This document shows positions 46,640 to 57,621 of a DNA stretch of 64,000 bases, in pieces; the stretch's first letter is position 1, and every line of letters starts with the position of its first letter. The notes below the pieces were generated by a model. That model was not told the DNA's origin. It saw only the letters and a list, made by a program, of their open reading frames with translations, and made no database searches. Origin of the DNA: Myxococcota bacterium. GTDB taxonomy: Bacteria; Myxococcota_A; UBA9042; PHBI01; JAWLBL01. A program made the translations under genes and the position numbers. The DNA is taken from positions 32,001 to 96,000 of the forward strand of contig JAWLBL010000030.1 of assembly GCA_041687695.1 (NCBI GenBank), in the 5' to 3' direction.

Positions 46640-49041
46640 TGGGTCGCCTCCGTCTGGCCGACCGTCTCCTCGGTGTCGGCGAGCAGACGCTTGGCGTCTT
46701 CTTCCAGGATCCGCAGTTTGTCGCTGCGCTCTTGATTGATCTTGCGGATCTGGTCCGTCTGCTCCTGCTTGCGGCTCCAGGCCACGTCGATGAGCCCGAC
46801 GTCGGCCTCGAGGACCACCTCGTTCATGCGCTCGTGCGCGCGGCGGAACAGCTCCTCTCCCAGCGCGTGGGCCGTCCTGCGGCTCGAACCCTCGTAGCCG
46901 ACGAGATCCTCGGAGTAGCCGTCCAGGTTGCGCCGCTCGGCCGCGATGACCCGCCGCAGCTCGTCGGTCTTGTCGCTGACCTTGCGGTCGATGGTGCCGA
47001 CGATCTCGCGCAGGTCGTCCACGTTGGTCCACACGCGGCTCCGGTGGCGGCCGTACTGCGCGAACGCCTGCGACCGCTCGCCGCCGAGCCGCGCGCCCAG
47101 CCCATCGTAGTAGTTGCCCTCGCGCTTGTGGGCCGCGATGAGCAGCGCCTTGAGGTCGCCTTCGCCGCGCGTCACGGCGTCGCCGGTGCCGACGCGATCG
47201 GCCTCGGCCTGGATGTCCTTCTTGAGCGTCTCGAGCTCGGCGTACAGCTCCTTGAGGCGCTGTTTCTCACCCGCGATCTCCACGCGCAGTTTGCGCTCGC
47301 GCTCGTCACCGAGCCGACCGCCGCCGTCGGCGAACTGCTGATCGTTGACGTACTGCTCGACCGCGACGAGCTGGCGCTGGACCTCCTTCAAGGTCTGCTC
47401 GACCAGGAAGCTCTTGCGCATCAGATCCAGGTAGCGCTCGTTCACGCCGCTCTGCCGGTCCTGATACTGCGCGTAGCTCATGGGCAGCTTGCCCAGCCGG
47501 TCCTCGAGCTCCTTGCGGTAGGTGACCAGCGACGCGAGCTCGGTGGCCTCTGCGGGGCTCACCAGCCCGGTCGTCAGGCGCTGCTGCTGGTCGAGCATGG
47601 CGCCCGAGAGCGCGATGAGCTGGTTCTCGATGGCCAGCGCCCGCGTCCAGCCCTCCTTGAGGGCGGGGAACAGCTCGACCCGGTTGGCCGACGTGACGAC
47701 GCGCTCGAGGTCGTCGGCGATCTGCTGGGTCGCCTCGATCTCGCCGCGCTCGACGCCCAGGTTGTCCAGCAGGGCCACGACCCGCCCCATCTCCTCGGTG
47801 CCGGCCACCCAGGCGGCCGTGCGATCGGTCAGCGGGGCGTCGAGGCGTCCGGTCTTGCTGCGGCGCTCGATGAGCCAGGTGAAGTAGCGGTCGACGTTCG
47901 CCGGGTCGCGCGCGAAGTGGTTGAGCTCGTTGCGGATGGGCGCGAAGCGCTCGAGGATGCGGCCGTAGCTGTCGACCGCCTGATCGTAGTCCTCGATGAT
48001 GACCCCCAGCCGACCGCGCAGGACGTGAGCCTGGACGTCGAGCTGCTCGTCCTTGACGACCAGCAGCAGGACGTCGAGCGTCTGCAGCGCCTTGTCGTAC
48101 TGCTCGCGCTTGATGTAGGCCCAGGCCATCTCGTACAGGGCCACCTCGTACGAGGCGCTGTTCTGGTCGATGCGCTGGTAGGCGGTGATGGCCTCGTCGA
48201 TGCGCGCCTGCTCCATCAGCAGGCGGCCGCTGGCCACCAGCGCCAGCTCGCGCGCGTGCTTGCCATCATCACTGGTCGGCGCGGACTGCGCCAGGGCCTG
48301 GAACTCGCCCAGGGCCTGGTCGAAGCGCTCGAGGGCGGTGAGGGCCACGCCCACGTAGTAACGCGCCAGGGGGTGGCGCTCGCCGTCGGCGCGCACACCG
48401 CCCAGGGCCGTCAGCGCCGCCTCGTGCTGACCCAGCCGCAGCAGCCCCTTGCCCAGCGCGTACAGGGTGCGGTCGCTGGCGCCCGCCGCCGGGCGGCCCA
48501 TCTCCGCGATGAGCCGTCGCAGCTCGCGCTCGTCGTTCATCTGCAGGGCCATCTCGACCAGCAGCGCGCGCGCCTCGTCGGTCACCGCGGCGTCGGTCGG
48601 CGTCGCGGTCACGGCCCGTGTCAGGGTGTCGCGCGCGCCCCGGTAGTTCTGCAGCTCGATGAGCGCTTTGCCCAGCAGCAGCGACGCGGGGCCCACCTCT
48701 CGGTTGCCACGGAAGGCCGGGTTCTCGAGCACCTCGATGAGCAGGATGGCCGCCGTCTCGAAGTTGCCGAGTTCGAAGAAGACCCGGGCGTCGATGAGAC
48801 GTCGCTGCAGCGGGCGGTCGGCGAACTCGGCCGCAGGGTCGACGAACTCGCGGGCGAGGCGCGAGACGGCGCGCTCGAGGTTGTCGAGCTGCGATCCGTG
48901 GGCCCCGACCTGGCCGAGCACCGATGGGGCGCCGCTCTGGGCCCGCGCGGTCGGCGCCGCGGTCAGTCCGCCGGTGAGGGCGGCCACCGTCAGGCCGATC
49001 GTCGCGAGCTGCACGCGCCGGTGAGCCGAAGCGACGCGCAT
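46636..49041 (-). CDS. TPR / coiled-coil periplasmic protein (Glt-locus accessory)
   Basis: Signal peptide, TPRs (ALYEMAWAYI), long coiled coils and C-terminal EADVGLIDVAW. Confidence 0.7.
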   Translation of the reverse strand: MRVASAHRRVQLATIGLTVAALTGGLTAAPTARAQSGAPSVLGQVGAHGSQLDNLERAVSRLAREFVDPAAEFADRPLQRRLIDARVFFELGNFETAAILLIEVLENPAFRGNREVGPASLLLGKALIELQNYRGARDTLTRAVTATPTDAAVTDEARALLVEMALQMNDERELRRLIAEMGRPAAGASDRTLYALGKGLLRLGQHEAALTALGGVRADGERHPLARYYVGVALTALERFDQALGEFQALAQSAPTSDDGKHARELALVASGRLLMEQARIDEAITAYQRIDQNSASYEVALYEMAWAYIKREQYDKALQTLDVLLLVVKDEQLDVQAHVLRGRLGVIIEDYDQAVDSYGRILERFAPIRNELNHFARDPANVDRYFTWLIERRSKTGRLDAPLTDRTAAWVAGTEEMGRVVALLDNLGVERGEIEATQQIADDLERVVTSANRVELFPALKEGWTRALAIENQLIALSGAMLDQQQRLTTGLVSPAEATELASLVTYRKELEDRLGKLPMSYAQYQDRQSGVNERYLDLMRKSFLVEQTLKEVQRQLVAVEQYVNDQQFADGGGRLGDERERKLRVEIAGEKQRLKELYAELETLKKDIQAEADRVGTGDAVTRGEGDLKALLIAAHKREGNYYDGLGARLGGERSQAFAQYGRHRSRVWTNVDDLREIVGTIDRKVSDKTDELRRVIAAERRNLDGYSEDLVGYEGSSRRTAHALGEELFRRAHERMNEVVLEADVGLIDVAWSRKQEQTDQIRKINQERSDKLRILEEDAKRLLADTEETVGQTEATQ

Positions 49042-49043
49042 AA

Positions 49044-49904
49044 CTACTTGCCGTCCCCCGCGGGCTGCTCTTGCCCCTCGACCTGCCCGTCCACCTGGTC
49101 CTTGGTGTAGCTGGCCTGGGCCACGCGGAAGGTGATGGACGGCCGCTTGGTGAGATCCCAGGTGATGTCGCCCTTCTGGTAGCCGACCGCCTGGACCGTC
49201 GTGACCTTCCCCTTGGTCGCGTAGAACGTGTAGTTCGTGCGCAGCTTGAAGGTGTAGTCCTTGAGGTAGGCGAAGACCGTCGAGTCGCCCTTGTAGATCA
49301 TCTCGACCGAGAGCACGTGGTTGCCCGGCAGGACGTTGTTCGCGAAGATCTCGAACTTCTCCTTGTCGAGCACGCCGCTGGTCGCGTCCTGGAAGTAGAT
49401 CTTCTCGCCGTCGAGGTGATACAGGACCGACTCGAGCTTGAAGCTGTTGCCCATCTCGTTGACGTGCACGACGACCGCCTTGGCCTCGGCGATGACGTCG
49501 TTGAGCACGCGCTCCTTGAGCAGCATCAGGCGCGTCTTCGACCGGAAGATCTTCTCCTTGAGGGTGACGACCTTCTCCTCGAGCTCGCGGAGCTTCATGT
49601 CGTAGTGCTCGCCGCCCACCGCGCCGGCCGGCGCCGCGGCCGGTGGTGTCGGCGAGGCGGGCGCAGCGCCTGGCGTCGGCGCCTCGGTCGCTGGCGTCGA
49701 CTCGACCGGCGCTGGCTCAGTCGGCTGCGCCAACGCGACCCCGGACAGCGTCGAGGCCAACGCGACCCCCGACAGGGTCATCGCCAGCGCGAGCAGGCCG
49801 GACGTCAACAGGTGAACGTGATGGCGCTTCGCGGAGAGCGCGGCGCGCGACGAGACCGTCTCCGGCCGGTGCGCGGGGCCGCCGCTACGATGACCCAGAT
49901 GCAA
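49044..49904 (-). CDS. Secreted protein with coiled coil and beta-rich domain; first gene of the Glt-like operon
   Basis: Likely TTG start at 49904 with RBS AAGGAG; LRELEEKVVTLKEKIFRSKTRL coiled coil. Confidence 0.7.
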   Translation of the reverse strand: MHLGHRSGGPAHRPETVSSRAALSAKRHHVHLLTSGLLALAMTLSGVALASTLSGVALAQPTEPAPVESTPATEAPTPGAAPASPTPPAAAPAGAVGGEHYDMKLRELEEKVVTLKEKIFRSKTRLMLLKERVLNDVIAEAKAVVVHVNEMGNSFKLESVLYHLDGEKIYFQDATSGVLDKEKFEIFANNVLPGNHVLSVEMIYKGDSTVFAYLKDYTFKLRTNYTFYATKGKVTTVQAVGYQKGDITWDLTKRPSITFRVAQASYTKDQVDGQVEGQEQPAGDGK

Positions 49905-50066
49905 GCGCGTCTCCTTGAGCTCGGCATCTCCACGGCTCAGCCCATGGGCCGCGGAAGCGATCGGTAGTGTGCATGGGGCCCGGACAAAGGTCAAACCCGC
50001 GCTCGCCCGGGACGGCGCGCAAATGTCGGAATTCACACGCATTGAACCGCCCGCGCGCGCGGCCGC

Positions 50067-51104
50067 TCAGACGGGCGACCATCCCTGGTCGCCGTCGCCC
50101 GCCTCGGGCGTGACCGCCACCAGGTAACGGGCGATGAGCCGCAGCAGCGGGGTCAGGTTCTCCTGGGTCAAGGCGCTGACGGCGTGCACCTCGACCCCCT
50201 TGTGTCGGAACGCCTCGCGCCACAGCTCGATCTCATAGCGATCCTCGACCAGATCGAGCTTGCTCAGCACCACGATCTGAGGGCGCCGGGCCAGCTCGGG
50301 CGAGTGCGCCTCGAGCTCGGCCGTGACGGTCTCCCAGGCCTTCATGGGGTCCATGGCCTCGGGCGACAGGCTGACCAGGTGGACGAGCACCCGCGTCCGC
50401 TCGACGTGCTTGAGGAAGCGATCACCCAGGCCGCGGCCCTCGCTGGCGCCCTCGATGAGCCCGGGGATGTCGGCGATGACGAAGGTCGACTCGTCCACCC
50501 GCACGACGCCCAGGTTGGGCACCAGGGTCGTGAACGGGTAGTCGCCCACCTTGGCCTGGCTCTTCGACACCGCCCGGATGAACGTGCTCTTGCCGGCATT
50601 GGGCAACCCGACCAGCGCCACGTCGGCCACCAGCTTCAGGCTGAGCTCGAGCGTGCGCGCCTCGCCCTTCTCCCCCTCCTGCGCGATGCGCGGGGCCTGC
50701 CGCGTCGGCGTCACGAAGTGGGCGTTGCCCTTGCCGCCGCGGCCTCCCTTGGCGACGACCACGCGCTGGCCCGCCTCGGTCAGGTCGGCGATGACCTCTC
50801 CGGTCGCGGCGTCGGTGACCACCGTGCCGAGGGGCAGCGGGATGACCAGATCCTCGGCCGCGCGGCCGGAGCGGTTGTTGCCCCCGCCCTTGGCGCCGGA
50901 GTCGGCCTTGTAGAACCGGCGGTAGCGGTGGTCGAGCAGGGTGACCGTGCGCTCGTCGGCCACCACGACCACGTCACCGCCCCGGCCGCCTTCGCCGCCG
51001 TCGGGCCCACCCAGCGGGACCTTGGCCTCGCGGCGGAAGCTGACCAGGCCGTTGCCGCCGTCTCCGGCGGTCACCTCGATGACGGCTTCGTCGACGAACT
51101 GCAT
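50067..51104 (-). CDS. obgE: GTPase ObgE/CgtA
   Basis: FVDEAVIEVTAGDGGNG, GLPNAGKST, YPFTTL and DIPGLIEGA. Confidence 0.96.
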   Translation of the reverse strand: MQFVDEAVIEVTAGDGGNGLVSFRREAKVPLGGPDGGEGGRGGDVVVVADERTVTLLDHRYRRFYKADSGAKGGGNNRSGRAAEDLVIPLPLGTVVTDAATGEVIADLTEAGQRVVVAKGGRGGKGNAHFVTPTRQAPRIAQEGEKGEARTLELSLKLVADVALVGLPNAGKSTFIRAVSKSQAKVGDYPFTTLVPNLGVVRVDESTFVIADIPGLIEGASEGRGLGDRFLKHVERTRVLVHLVSLSPEAMDPMKAWETVTAELEAHSPELARRPQIVVLSKLDLVEDRYEIELWREAFRHKGVEVHAVSALTQENLTPLLRLIARYLVAVTPEAGDGDQGWSPV

Positions 51105-51174
51105 CGGTGCTTCGCTTCGCGCTCGAGCCACCGCCCCGCGCGAAGTTGCGTCCGGGTCGGCGGGTCGCGCACAA

Positions 51175-51210
51175 GACACGAAAGCCCGAGGAGCCTAAGG
51201 CTCCCCGGGC
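51175..51210 (-). terminator. Intrinsic terminator after rpmA
   Basis: Minus strand gcccggggagcc-tta-ggctcctcgggc followed by tttcgtgtctt. Confidence 0.6.
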
Positions 51211-51234
51211 GTCTCGGGTCCTTCGCGGGGAAGA

Positions 51235-51498
51235 TCAGGCCTGCGCGGCCGGGATGATCGCGACCCGCTTGCGGTCGCGGCCGTGGCGCTGGAACTGCAC
51301 CTCGCCGTCGACGAGCGCGAACAGCGTGTAGTCGCGGCCGACGCCCACGTTGTCGCCAGCGTGGAACTTGGTGCCGACCTGGCGGACCAGGATGTTGCCG
51401 GCCTTGACCTGCTCGCCGCCGAAGCGCTTGACGCCGCGGCGCTGCGCGTTCGAGTCACGCCCGTTACGGCTGGAGCCCTGTCCCTTTTTGTGAGCCAT
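51235..51498 (-). CDS. rpmA: 50S ribosomal protein L27
   Basis: [16 protein letters not shown]. Confidence 0.98.
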   Translation of the reverse strand: MAHKKGQGSSRNGRDSNAQRRGVKRFGGEQVKAGNILVRQVGTKFHAGDNVGVGRDYTLFALVDGEVQFQRHGRDRKRVAIIPAAQA

Positions 51499-51521
51499 GA
51501 GTCCTCTCCACTTCCGCCTTG

Positions 51522-51833
51522 CTAGGCGGAGATCCCGTCGATGCGGACGCGCGTGAAGTGCTGGCGATGGCCCTTCTTGCGAATGTAGTTCTTCGTCCGC
51601 TTGAACTTGAAGACGACGATCTTCCGGGTGCGGCCCTGCTCGACGATCGTGCCCGTGACCGTCACGCCGGCGAGCACCGGGGTGCCGATGCGGGTGTCGT
51701 CGTCCGTGCCCACGAGGAGCACGTCGTCGAACGTGACCTGCTCACCCCGATCTCCGTCGAGCTTCTCGATGGCGATCGTAGCGCCCGGCTCGACCCGGTA
51801 CTGCTTCCCGCCGGTCCTGATGACTGCGTACAT
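51522..51833 (-). CDS. rplU: 50S ribosomal protein L21
   Basis: [14 protein letters not shown]...GHRQHFT. Confidence 0.98.
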   Translation of the reverse strand: MYAVIRTGGKQYRVEPGATIAIEKLDGDRGEQVTFDDVLLVGTDDDTRIGTPVLAGVTVTGTIVEQGRTRKIVVFKFKRTKNYIRKKGHRQHFTRVRIDGISA

Positions 51834-51862
51834 TGTCCTGACGCCTCCGTCGAAGGTGCGCG

Positions 51863-51891
51863 AAGGTAGGCAAGCGCCCGGGCGCTGTCAA
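51863..51891 (-). promoter_or_regulatory. sigma70 promoter of rplU-rpmA
   Basis: TTGACA-N17-TACCTT; the -35 box overlaps the mtnA stop codon. Confidence 0.7.
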
Positions 51892-52964
51892 GCGCGAGTG
51901 TCGCGTGGGGTGGAAGACGGTGCGATTGGCCCGAACAGCGCGGCCAGGCTGTCCACGTAGGAGGGCCGCGCGACGCCGGCCTCGGTGATGATCGCCGTGA
52001 CCAGCTCGGCCGGCGTCACGTCGAAGGCCGGGTTGCGCACGGGCACGTCGGCCGGGGCGACCAGGTGGCCGAAGACGCCCCGGACCTCGTCGGCGCCGCG
52101 CTCCTCGATCTCGATGGCCTCGCCCGTGGCGGTCTTCAGATCGATGGTCGACAGCGGCGCCGCGACGTAGAAGGGCAGATCGTGCCGGTGGCACAGGGCG
52201 GCGACCTGGTAGGTGCCGATCTTGTTGGCCGTGTCGCCGTTGGCCGCGATGCGATCGGCGCCGACGATGGCCAGGTCGATCTCGCCGCGCCGCATCAGGT
52301 AGCCGGCGGCGCTGTCGGCGATGAGCGTGACGTCGATGCCGTCCTTCAGGCACTCCCAGACCGTCAGGCGGCTGCCCTGCAGGTAGGGGCGCGTCTCGTC
52401 CGCGAACACGCGCACGCGCTTGCCGGCGGCGTGCGCCGATCGGATGACCCCCAGGGCCGTGCCCCAGCCGGCGGTGGCCAGGCCGCCCGTGTTGCAGTGG
52501 GTCAGGATCCGCGCGCCTTCGGGGATGAGCGCGGCCCCGTGCTCGCCGATCGCGCGGCACGTGCCGACGTCCTCGGCCCGGATGCGCTCGGCCTCGACGT
52601 CCAGCGCGTCCAGTAGATCCGCGCGATCGCCGCCCCAGCCGGCGACCAGGCGGCGCATGCGGTCGATGGCCCAGAACAGGTTCACCGCGGTAGGCCGCGT
52701 CGCGGCCATCTCGCGGGTCAGGCGGTCCCAGCCCGCCTGCCAGTCGCCGTCGGTGGCCTGGGCGGCCAGCGCGCGGGCGCCGATGGCCAGCCCCATGGCG
52801 GCGGCGACCCCGATGGCCGGCGCGCCCCGGATGACCATGTCGCGGATGCCGGCCGCCACCTCGGACGCGGTCGCGTAGACGTGCCAGACCTCCTCGTGGG
52901 GCAGCCGCCGCTGGTCCAGCATGTGGACGCGCCCCTCGGCGTCCCGTCGGATGGGCTCGATCAT
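51888..52964 (-). CDS. mtnA: S-methyl-5-thioribose-1-phosphate isomerase
   Basis: LDQRRLP, IRGAPAIG, RPTAVNL, LTHCNTGGLAT, ETRPYLQG and NPAFDVTP. Confidence 0.95.
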   Translation of the reverse strand: MIEPIRRDAEGRVHMLDQRRLPHEEVWHVYATASEVAAGIRDMVIRGAPAIGVAAAMGLAIGARALAAQATDGDWQAGWDRLTREMAATRPTAVNLFWAIDRMRRLVAGWGGDRADLLDALDVEAERIRAEDVGTCRAIGEHGAALIPEGARILTHCNTGGLATAGWGTALGVIRSAHAAGKRVRVFADETRPYLQGSRLTVWECLKDGIDVTLIADSAAGYLMRRGEIDLAIVGADRIAANGDTANKIGTYQVAALCHRHDLPFYVAAPLSTIDLKTATGEAIEIEERGADEVRGVFGHLVAPADVPVRNPAFDVTPAELVTAIITEAGVARPSYVDSLAALFGPIAPSSTPRDTRA

Positions 52965-52988
52965 CTCGTCTCCTGTTCCAAACCGCCG

Positions 52989-54458
52989 TCAGCCGGGGCG
53001 CCGCGCCTCGAGCAGGCGCCGCACCACGTCCGAGGCGAGCTGGGGGTTGGCCTTGCCGCGGGTCTCGCGCATCACCTGGCCCACGAAGAACCCGAACACC
53101 TTGTCCTTCCCTCCGAGGAAGGCCTCGACCTCCCGCGGGTGGGCGTCGACCACGCGCGCGGCGATGGCCTCGATCTCGCCCTCGTCGGTGATCTGCCCGC
53201 CGTGCGCCGCCACCCACTCGGCCGGGCCGATCCCGGTCGAGAACATGGCCGCGAAGGCGTCCTTGGCCATCTTGCCCGAGATGGTGCCGCGCTCGACCAG
53301 CACCAGCAGCTCGGCCAGCCGCTCGGCCGGCACGGGCGAGTCCTCGACGTCGCGCTCGTCGCGGTTGAGGCGCCCGAGCAGCTCGCCCAGCACCCAGTTC
53401 GCCGCCGCCTTGGGGTCGCCCACCCGCGTGGCCACGGCCTCGAAGTAGTCGGCGCGCGCCGGGGTCTGGGTCAGCACGTCGGCGTCGTAGGCGGGCAGGC
53501 CGAGGTCGCGCTCGAAGCGCCGGGCGCGCGCACGTGGCAGCTCGGGCAGCGCGGCGCGGACCCGCTCGATCCAGGCGTCGTCGATGACCAGCGGCATCAG
53601 ATCCGGGTCCGGGAAGTAGCGGTAGTCGTGCGCCTCTTCCTTGGTCCGCATGACCCGCGTCAGGCCGGCCGCGTCGTCCCACAGGCGCGTCTGCTGCAGG
53701 ACCCGGCCGCCGTCCTCGAGGACGCCGATCTGCCGCACGATCTCGTGCTCGATGGCCCGCCCGACGAAGCGGAAGCTGTTGATGTTCTTCAGCTCGACCT
53801 TGGTCCCCAGGGTCTGGTCGCCGAGCCGCCGCACGGACACGTTGGCGTCGCAGCGGAAGTTGCCCTTCTCCATGTTGCCGTCGGACACGCCCAGCGCGGT
53901 GACGACCTGGTGCAAGGCCTTCATGTAGGCCACGGCCTCGGCCGCCGAGCGCATGTCGGGCTCGCTGACCGTCTCGATGAGCGGCACGCCCGCGCGGTTG
54001 AAGTCGACGAACGAGGCGCCGCGGACCGCGTCGTGGATGGTCTTGCCGGCGTCCTCTTCGAGGTGGATGCGCGTCAGGCGGAAGATCCGGTCCTGGCCGT
54101 CGACCATGGCCTCGAGCTGCCCGCCCAGGCAGATGGGCGCGTCGTATTGGCTGATCTGATAGCCCTTGGGGAGATCGGGGTAGAAGTAGTGCTTGCGGGC
54201 AAAGCGGCTGGCGCGGTGGATCTCGCAGCCCAGGGCCAGCCCGACCCGCAGCGCCAGCTCGACGGCCTGCCGGTTCAAGACCGGCAGGACCCCGGGCATG
54301 CCCAGCGTGACGGGGTCGACCTGCACGTTGGGCGCCTCGCCGAAGTGCGTCCCGGCGGCGCTGAAGATCTTGGTGCGGGTCGCCAGCTGGACGTGGATCT
54401 CGAGGCCGATGACGGCCTCCCAGTCCGGGTAGCCGGGGACGGGCTGGGGCGCGATCAC
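52989..54458 (-). CDS. gatB: Asp/Glu-tRNA amidotransferase subunit B
   Basis: [34 protein letters not shown] and YRYFPDPDL. Confidence 0.96.
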   Translation of the reverse strand: MIAPQPVPGYPDWEAVIGLEIHVQLATRTKIFSAAGTHFGEAPNVQVDPVTLGMPGVLPVLNRQAVELALRVGLALGCEIHRASRFARKHYFYPDLPKGYQISQYDAPICLGGQLEAMVDGQDRIFRLTRIHLEEDAGKTIHDAVRGASFVDFNRAGVPLIETVSEPDMRSAAEAVAYMKALHQVVTALGVSDGNMEKGNFRCDANVSVRRLGDQTLGTKVELKNINSFRFVGRAIEHEIVRQIGVLEDGGRVLQQTRLWDDAAGLTRVMRTKEEAHDYRYFPDPDLMPLVIDDAWIERVRAALPELPRARARRFERDLGLPAYDADVLTQTPARADYFEAVATRVGDPKAAANWVLGELLGRLNRDERDVEDSPVPAERLAELLVLVERGTISGKMAKDAFAAMFSTGIGPAEWVAAHGGQITDEGEIEAIAARVVDAHPREVEAFLGGKDKVFGFFVGQVMRETRGKANPQLASDVVRRLLEARRPG

Positions 54459-55957
54459 GGGGCCTCCGTCGCGTCGGCGCCCGGCCGGTCCAGGTGCCAC
54501 GAGGTGGCCCGCTCGTAGGCGTGGGCGACCGCCACCAGCCGGGCCTCGCCCAGCGCCGGGCCGATGAGCTGCATCCCTATGGGCAGGCCGGCCTGGTCGC
54601 GGCCGCAGGGCAGCGACAGGCAGGGCAGGCCGGCCAGGCTGGCGGGGACCGTGAAGGCGTCCATCAGGTACATCTGCAGCGGATCGGTGACCCGCTCGCC
54701 CAGCCGCCACGCGGTCACCGGCGAGGTCGGCGTCGCCAGGACGTCGCACTGGGCGAAGGCGGCCTCGAAGTCGCGGCGGATGAGGGTGCGGACCTTCTGG
54801 GCGCGCAGGTAGTAGGCGTCGTAGTAGCCGCTGGACAGCGCGTAGGTGCCCAGGAGGATGCGCCGCTTGACCTCGGCGCCGAAGCCCTCGGCCCGCGAGC
54901 GGGCGTACAGCTCGTCCAGATCGGCGACGGCCGCGCCCGTGCGGTGGCCGTAGCGGACGCCGTCGTAGCGGGCCAGGTTACTGGAGGCCTCGGCGGTCGC
55001 GATCAGGTAATAGGTCGCGATGGCGAAGCGGGTGTGCGGCAGCGACACCGAAACGAGCTGGGCGCCCAGGGTCTCGAGCTGGGCCAGGGCCTGGCGGACC
55101 GTGGCCTCGATCCCGGGCTGGAGCCCCTCGGCGAAGTACTCGTCCGGGACGCCGACGCGGACGCCGCGCAGGTCCGGGGCGGCCGCGGCGAGGGCGCTCA
55201 GCAGATCGGGCGCGGGCTGGGGCAGCGAGGTGCCGTCGAGCGGGTCATGGCCGGCGATGGCCTGCAGCAGCAGGGCCGCGTCGCGCGTCGTGCGGGCGAC
55301 CGGGCCGACCTGATCGAGGCTGGAGGCGTAGGCGACGACGCCGTAGCGGCTGACGCGGCCGTAGGTGGGCTTGAGCCCGACGACCCCGCAGAAGCTGGCG
55401 GGCTGGCGGACCGAGCCGCCGGTGTCGGTGCCCAGTGCGAGCGGGCACTGCTCGGCCGCGACGGCCGCGGCGGACCCGCTGGACGAGCCGCCGGGGACGC
55501 GGGTCGGGTCCCAGGGGTTGCGCGTGGGGCCGAAGCCGGAGGCCTCGCCCGACGAGCCCATGCCGAACTCGTCCTGGTTGAGCTTGCCCAGCACGACGCC
55601 GTCGGCCGCCTCGAGCCGGGTGACGACCGTGGCGGAGTAGGGCGGGACGAAGCCCTGGAGCATCCGCGAGCCGGCGGTGGTGGCCAGGCCCTGGGTGCAG
55701 ATGAGGTCCTTGACCCCGACCGGGAGCCCGGCGAGCGGGCCGACCGGCTCGCCGCGGGCGCGGCGGTGGTCGATGGCGTGGGCGCGCTCGAGGGCGCGCT
55801 CGGCGTCGAGGGCGAGCCAGGCGCCCAGCTGGGCGTCCGTGGCGGCGATGCGGTCGAGGCAGGCCTGGGTGAGGTCGACCGAGGTCAGCTCGCCGTCCAT
55901 CAGGGCGGCGCGCAGGTGCCAGGCGGTGGGCCAGCGGCTGGGAGGCCAGGCGGTCAT
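54455..55957 (-). CDS. gatA: Asp/Glu-tRNA amidotransferase subunit A
   Basis: Amidase signature [24 protein letters not shown] and [13 protein letters not shown]. Confidence 0.96.
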   Translation of the reverse strand: MTAWPPSRWPTAWHLRAALMDGELTSVDLTQACLDRIAATDAQLGAWLALDAERALERAHAIDHRRARGEPVGPLAGLPVGVKDLICTQGLATTAGSRMLQGFVPPYSATVVTRLEAADGVVLGKLNQDEFGMGSSGEASGFGPTRNPWDPTRVPGGSSSGSAAAVAAEQCPLALGTDTGGSVRQPASFCGVVGLKPTYGRVSRYGVVAYASSLDQVGPVARTTRDAALLLQAIAGHDPLDGTSLPQPAPDLLSALAAAAPDLRGVRVGVPDEYFAEGLQPGIEATVRQALAQLETLGAQLVSVSLPHTRFAIATYYLIATAEASSNLARYDGVRYGHRTGAAVADLDELYARSRAEGFGAEVKRRILLGTYALSSGYYDAYYLRAQKVRTLIRRDFEAAFAQCDVLATPTSPVTAWRLGERVTDPLQMYLMDAFTVPASLAGLPCLSLPCGRDQAGLPIGMQLIGPALGEARLVAVAHAYERATSWHLDRPGADATEAP

Positions 55958-55958
55958 G

Positions 55959-56246
55959 TCACACGACCCGCGGGACGACGAAGGCCCGGCCGTCGTGGCG
56001 CGGGGCGTTGGCGAGGGCCTCGGACGTGGACAGGTGCGGGCCCTCGACGTCGTCGCGCAGGGCGAGGTCGAGCGGGACCGCGTGGGTGGTCGGGGGGACG
56101 TCCGTCAGGTCCAGCTCGGCGAGCTGGTCGACGTAGGCCAGGACGGCGCCGAGCTGCCGGGAGAGGGTGGCGGCCTCGTCGGGCGCGACCGCGAGGCGCG
56201 CGAGGCGGCCCACGTGGGCGACGTCGATGTCGGGCGTGTCGGCCAT
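55959..56246 (-). CDS. gatC: Asp/Glu-tRNA amidotransferase subunit C
   Basis: [10 protein letters not shown]...LRDD...NAP...FVVPRVV; upstream of gatA. Confidence 0.93.
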   Translation of the reverse strand: MADTPDIDVAHVGRLARLAVAPDEAATLSRQLGAVLAYVDQLAELDLTDVPPTTHAVPLDLALRDDVEGPHLSTSEALANAPRHDGRAFVVPRVV

Positions 56247-56259
56247 GGCTTCCTGGGAT

Positions 56260-57621
56260 TCAGGCGCCGGCGCGCTCGGCGACGAAGTCTTCGAGGCGGG
56301 CGCGGATGGCGGCGAGGTGTTCGGCGGTGTCGGCCTCGGCGCGCAGGACGATGACCGGCTGCGTGTTCGAGGCGCGGATGAGGCCCCAGCCGTAGCCGAA
56401 ATCGACGCGGGCGCCGTCGATGTCGACGACGCCGCGGGTGTCGGGGTGGGCGCGGAAGTGGGCGGTCGCCTCTTCGACCACGCGGAACTTCACCTCGTCC
56501 GGGCAGTCCAGGCGGATCTCGGGGGTGAGGTGGGTCGTGGGCACGTCGGCGAGCAGGGTCGACAGCGGCCGGTCGGTGCGGCTGAGCAGCTCTAGCAGGC
56601 GAGCGCCGGCGTAGACGGCGTCGTCGAAGCCGAACCAGCGGTGGGCGAAGAAGATGTGGCCGCTCATCTCGCCGGCCAGCAGGGCGCCCTCGGCCTTCAT
56701 GCGCTCCTTGATGATGCTGTGGCCGACGGCGCTCATGACGGGGCGGCCGCCGTGAGCCGCGATGTCGTCGAAGAGCGTCTTGGAGCACTTGACCTCGCTG
56801 ACGATGCAGGCCCCGGGGTTGTCCCGCAGGATGTCGCGGGCCAGCAGGATCATCAGCCGGTCGCCCCACAGGATCTCGCCCGCGTCGTCGACCACGCCGA
56901 TGCGGTCGGCGTCGCCGTCGAAGGCCAGCCCGAGGTCGGCCCCTTCGGCGCGCACCCGCGCGATGAGCTCGTCCAGGTTCTCGGCGACCGTCGGGTCGGG
57001 GTGGTGGTTGGGGAAGCGGCCGTCCATGTCGGTGTACATGGGGACGACGTCCAGCCCGAGCCGCCGGTACAGGGCCAGCGCGGGCGGTCCGCCGGTGCCG
57101 TTGCCGCCGTCGATGACCACCTTGAGGGGGCGCGGGCCCAGCTGCAGGTTGGCGGCCACGTAGTCGACGTACTCGTCCAGGATCGGGCGGTCGACGACGC
57201 GCCCCTGCCCGACCTCGAAGTCGCGGGCTTCGATGAGGCGGCGCAGCGTGGTGATCTGCTCGCCGTGCAGCGAGCCCTTGCCGCGCATCATCTTGAAGCC
57301 GTTGTAGTCCGCGGGGTTGTGGCTGCCCGTGATCTCGACCCCGCCGTCCGCGTCGGTGTGGAAGACCGAGAAGTACAGCACGGGGCTGGGGACGACGCCG
57401 ACGTCGAGGACCTCGAGCCCGGTCGAGAGCAGGCCCGAGAGGAAGGCGGCGTGCAGGCGCGGGCCGTGCAGGCGGCAGTCGCGGCCGAGGCACACGCGGC
57501 GACCGCCGTCGCGGCGGATGAGCGTGCCGTAGGCGCGGCCGAGGTCGGTCGCCACCTCGTCGGTGAGGTCGCGGTCGGCGACGCCGCGGACGTCATAGGC
57601 GCGGAAGATCTGCGGGTTCAA
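56260..57621 (-). CDS. Phosphomannomutase/phosphoglucomutase (AlgC-like)
   Basis: IFRAYDVRG, TGSHNP, FDGDADR and GEMSGH. TTG start is coupled to the manC stop. Confidence 0.93.
   Translation of the reverse strand: MNPQIFRAYDVRGVADRDLTDEVATDLGRAYGTLIRRDGGRRVCLGRDCRLHGPRLHAAFLSGLLSTGLEVLDVGVVPSPVLYFSVFHTDADGGVEITGSHNPADYNGFKMMRGKGSLHGEQITTLRRLIEARDFEVGQGRVVDRPILDEYVDYVAANLQLGPRPLKVVIDGGNGTGGPPALALYRRLGLDVVPMYTDMDGRFPNHHPDPTVAENLDELIARVRAEGADLGLAFDGDADRIGVVDDAGEILWGDRLMILLARDILRDNPGACIVSEVKCSKTLFDDIAAHGGRPVMSAVGHSIIKERMKAEGALLAGEMSGHIFFAHRWFGFDDAVYAGARLLELLSRTDRPLSTLLADVPTTHLTPEIRLDCPDEVKFRVVEEATAHFRAHPDTRGVVDIDGARVDFGYGWGLIRASNTQPVIVLRAEADTAEHLAAIRARLEDFVAERAGA

Noticed and set aside
49730..49780. 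Duplicated TLSGVALA in a signal peptide
   Set aside because: This is a small local duplication with no evident functional consequence.
37175..49904. Assigning canonical gliding gene symbols (gltD-G, aglRQS)
   Set aside because: Orthology cannot be distinguished from paralogy without phylogeny. No gltA/B/H or cglB genes were recognised in the window.
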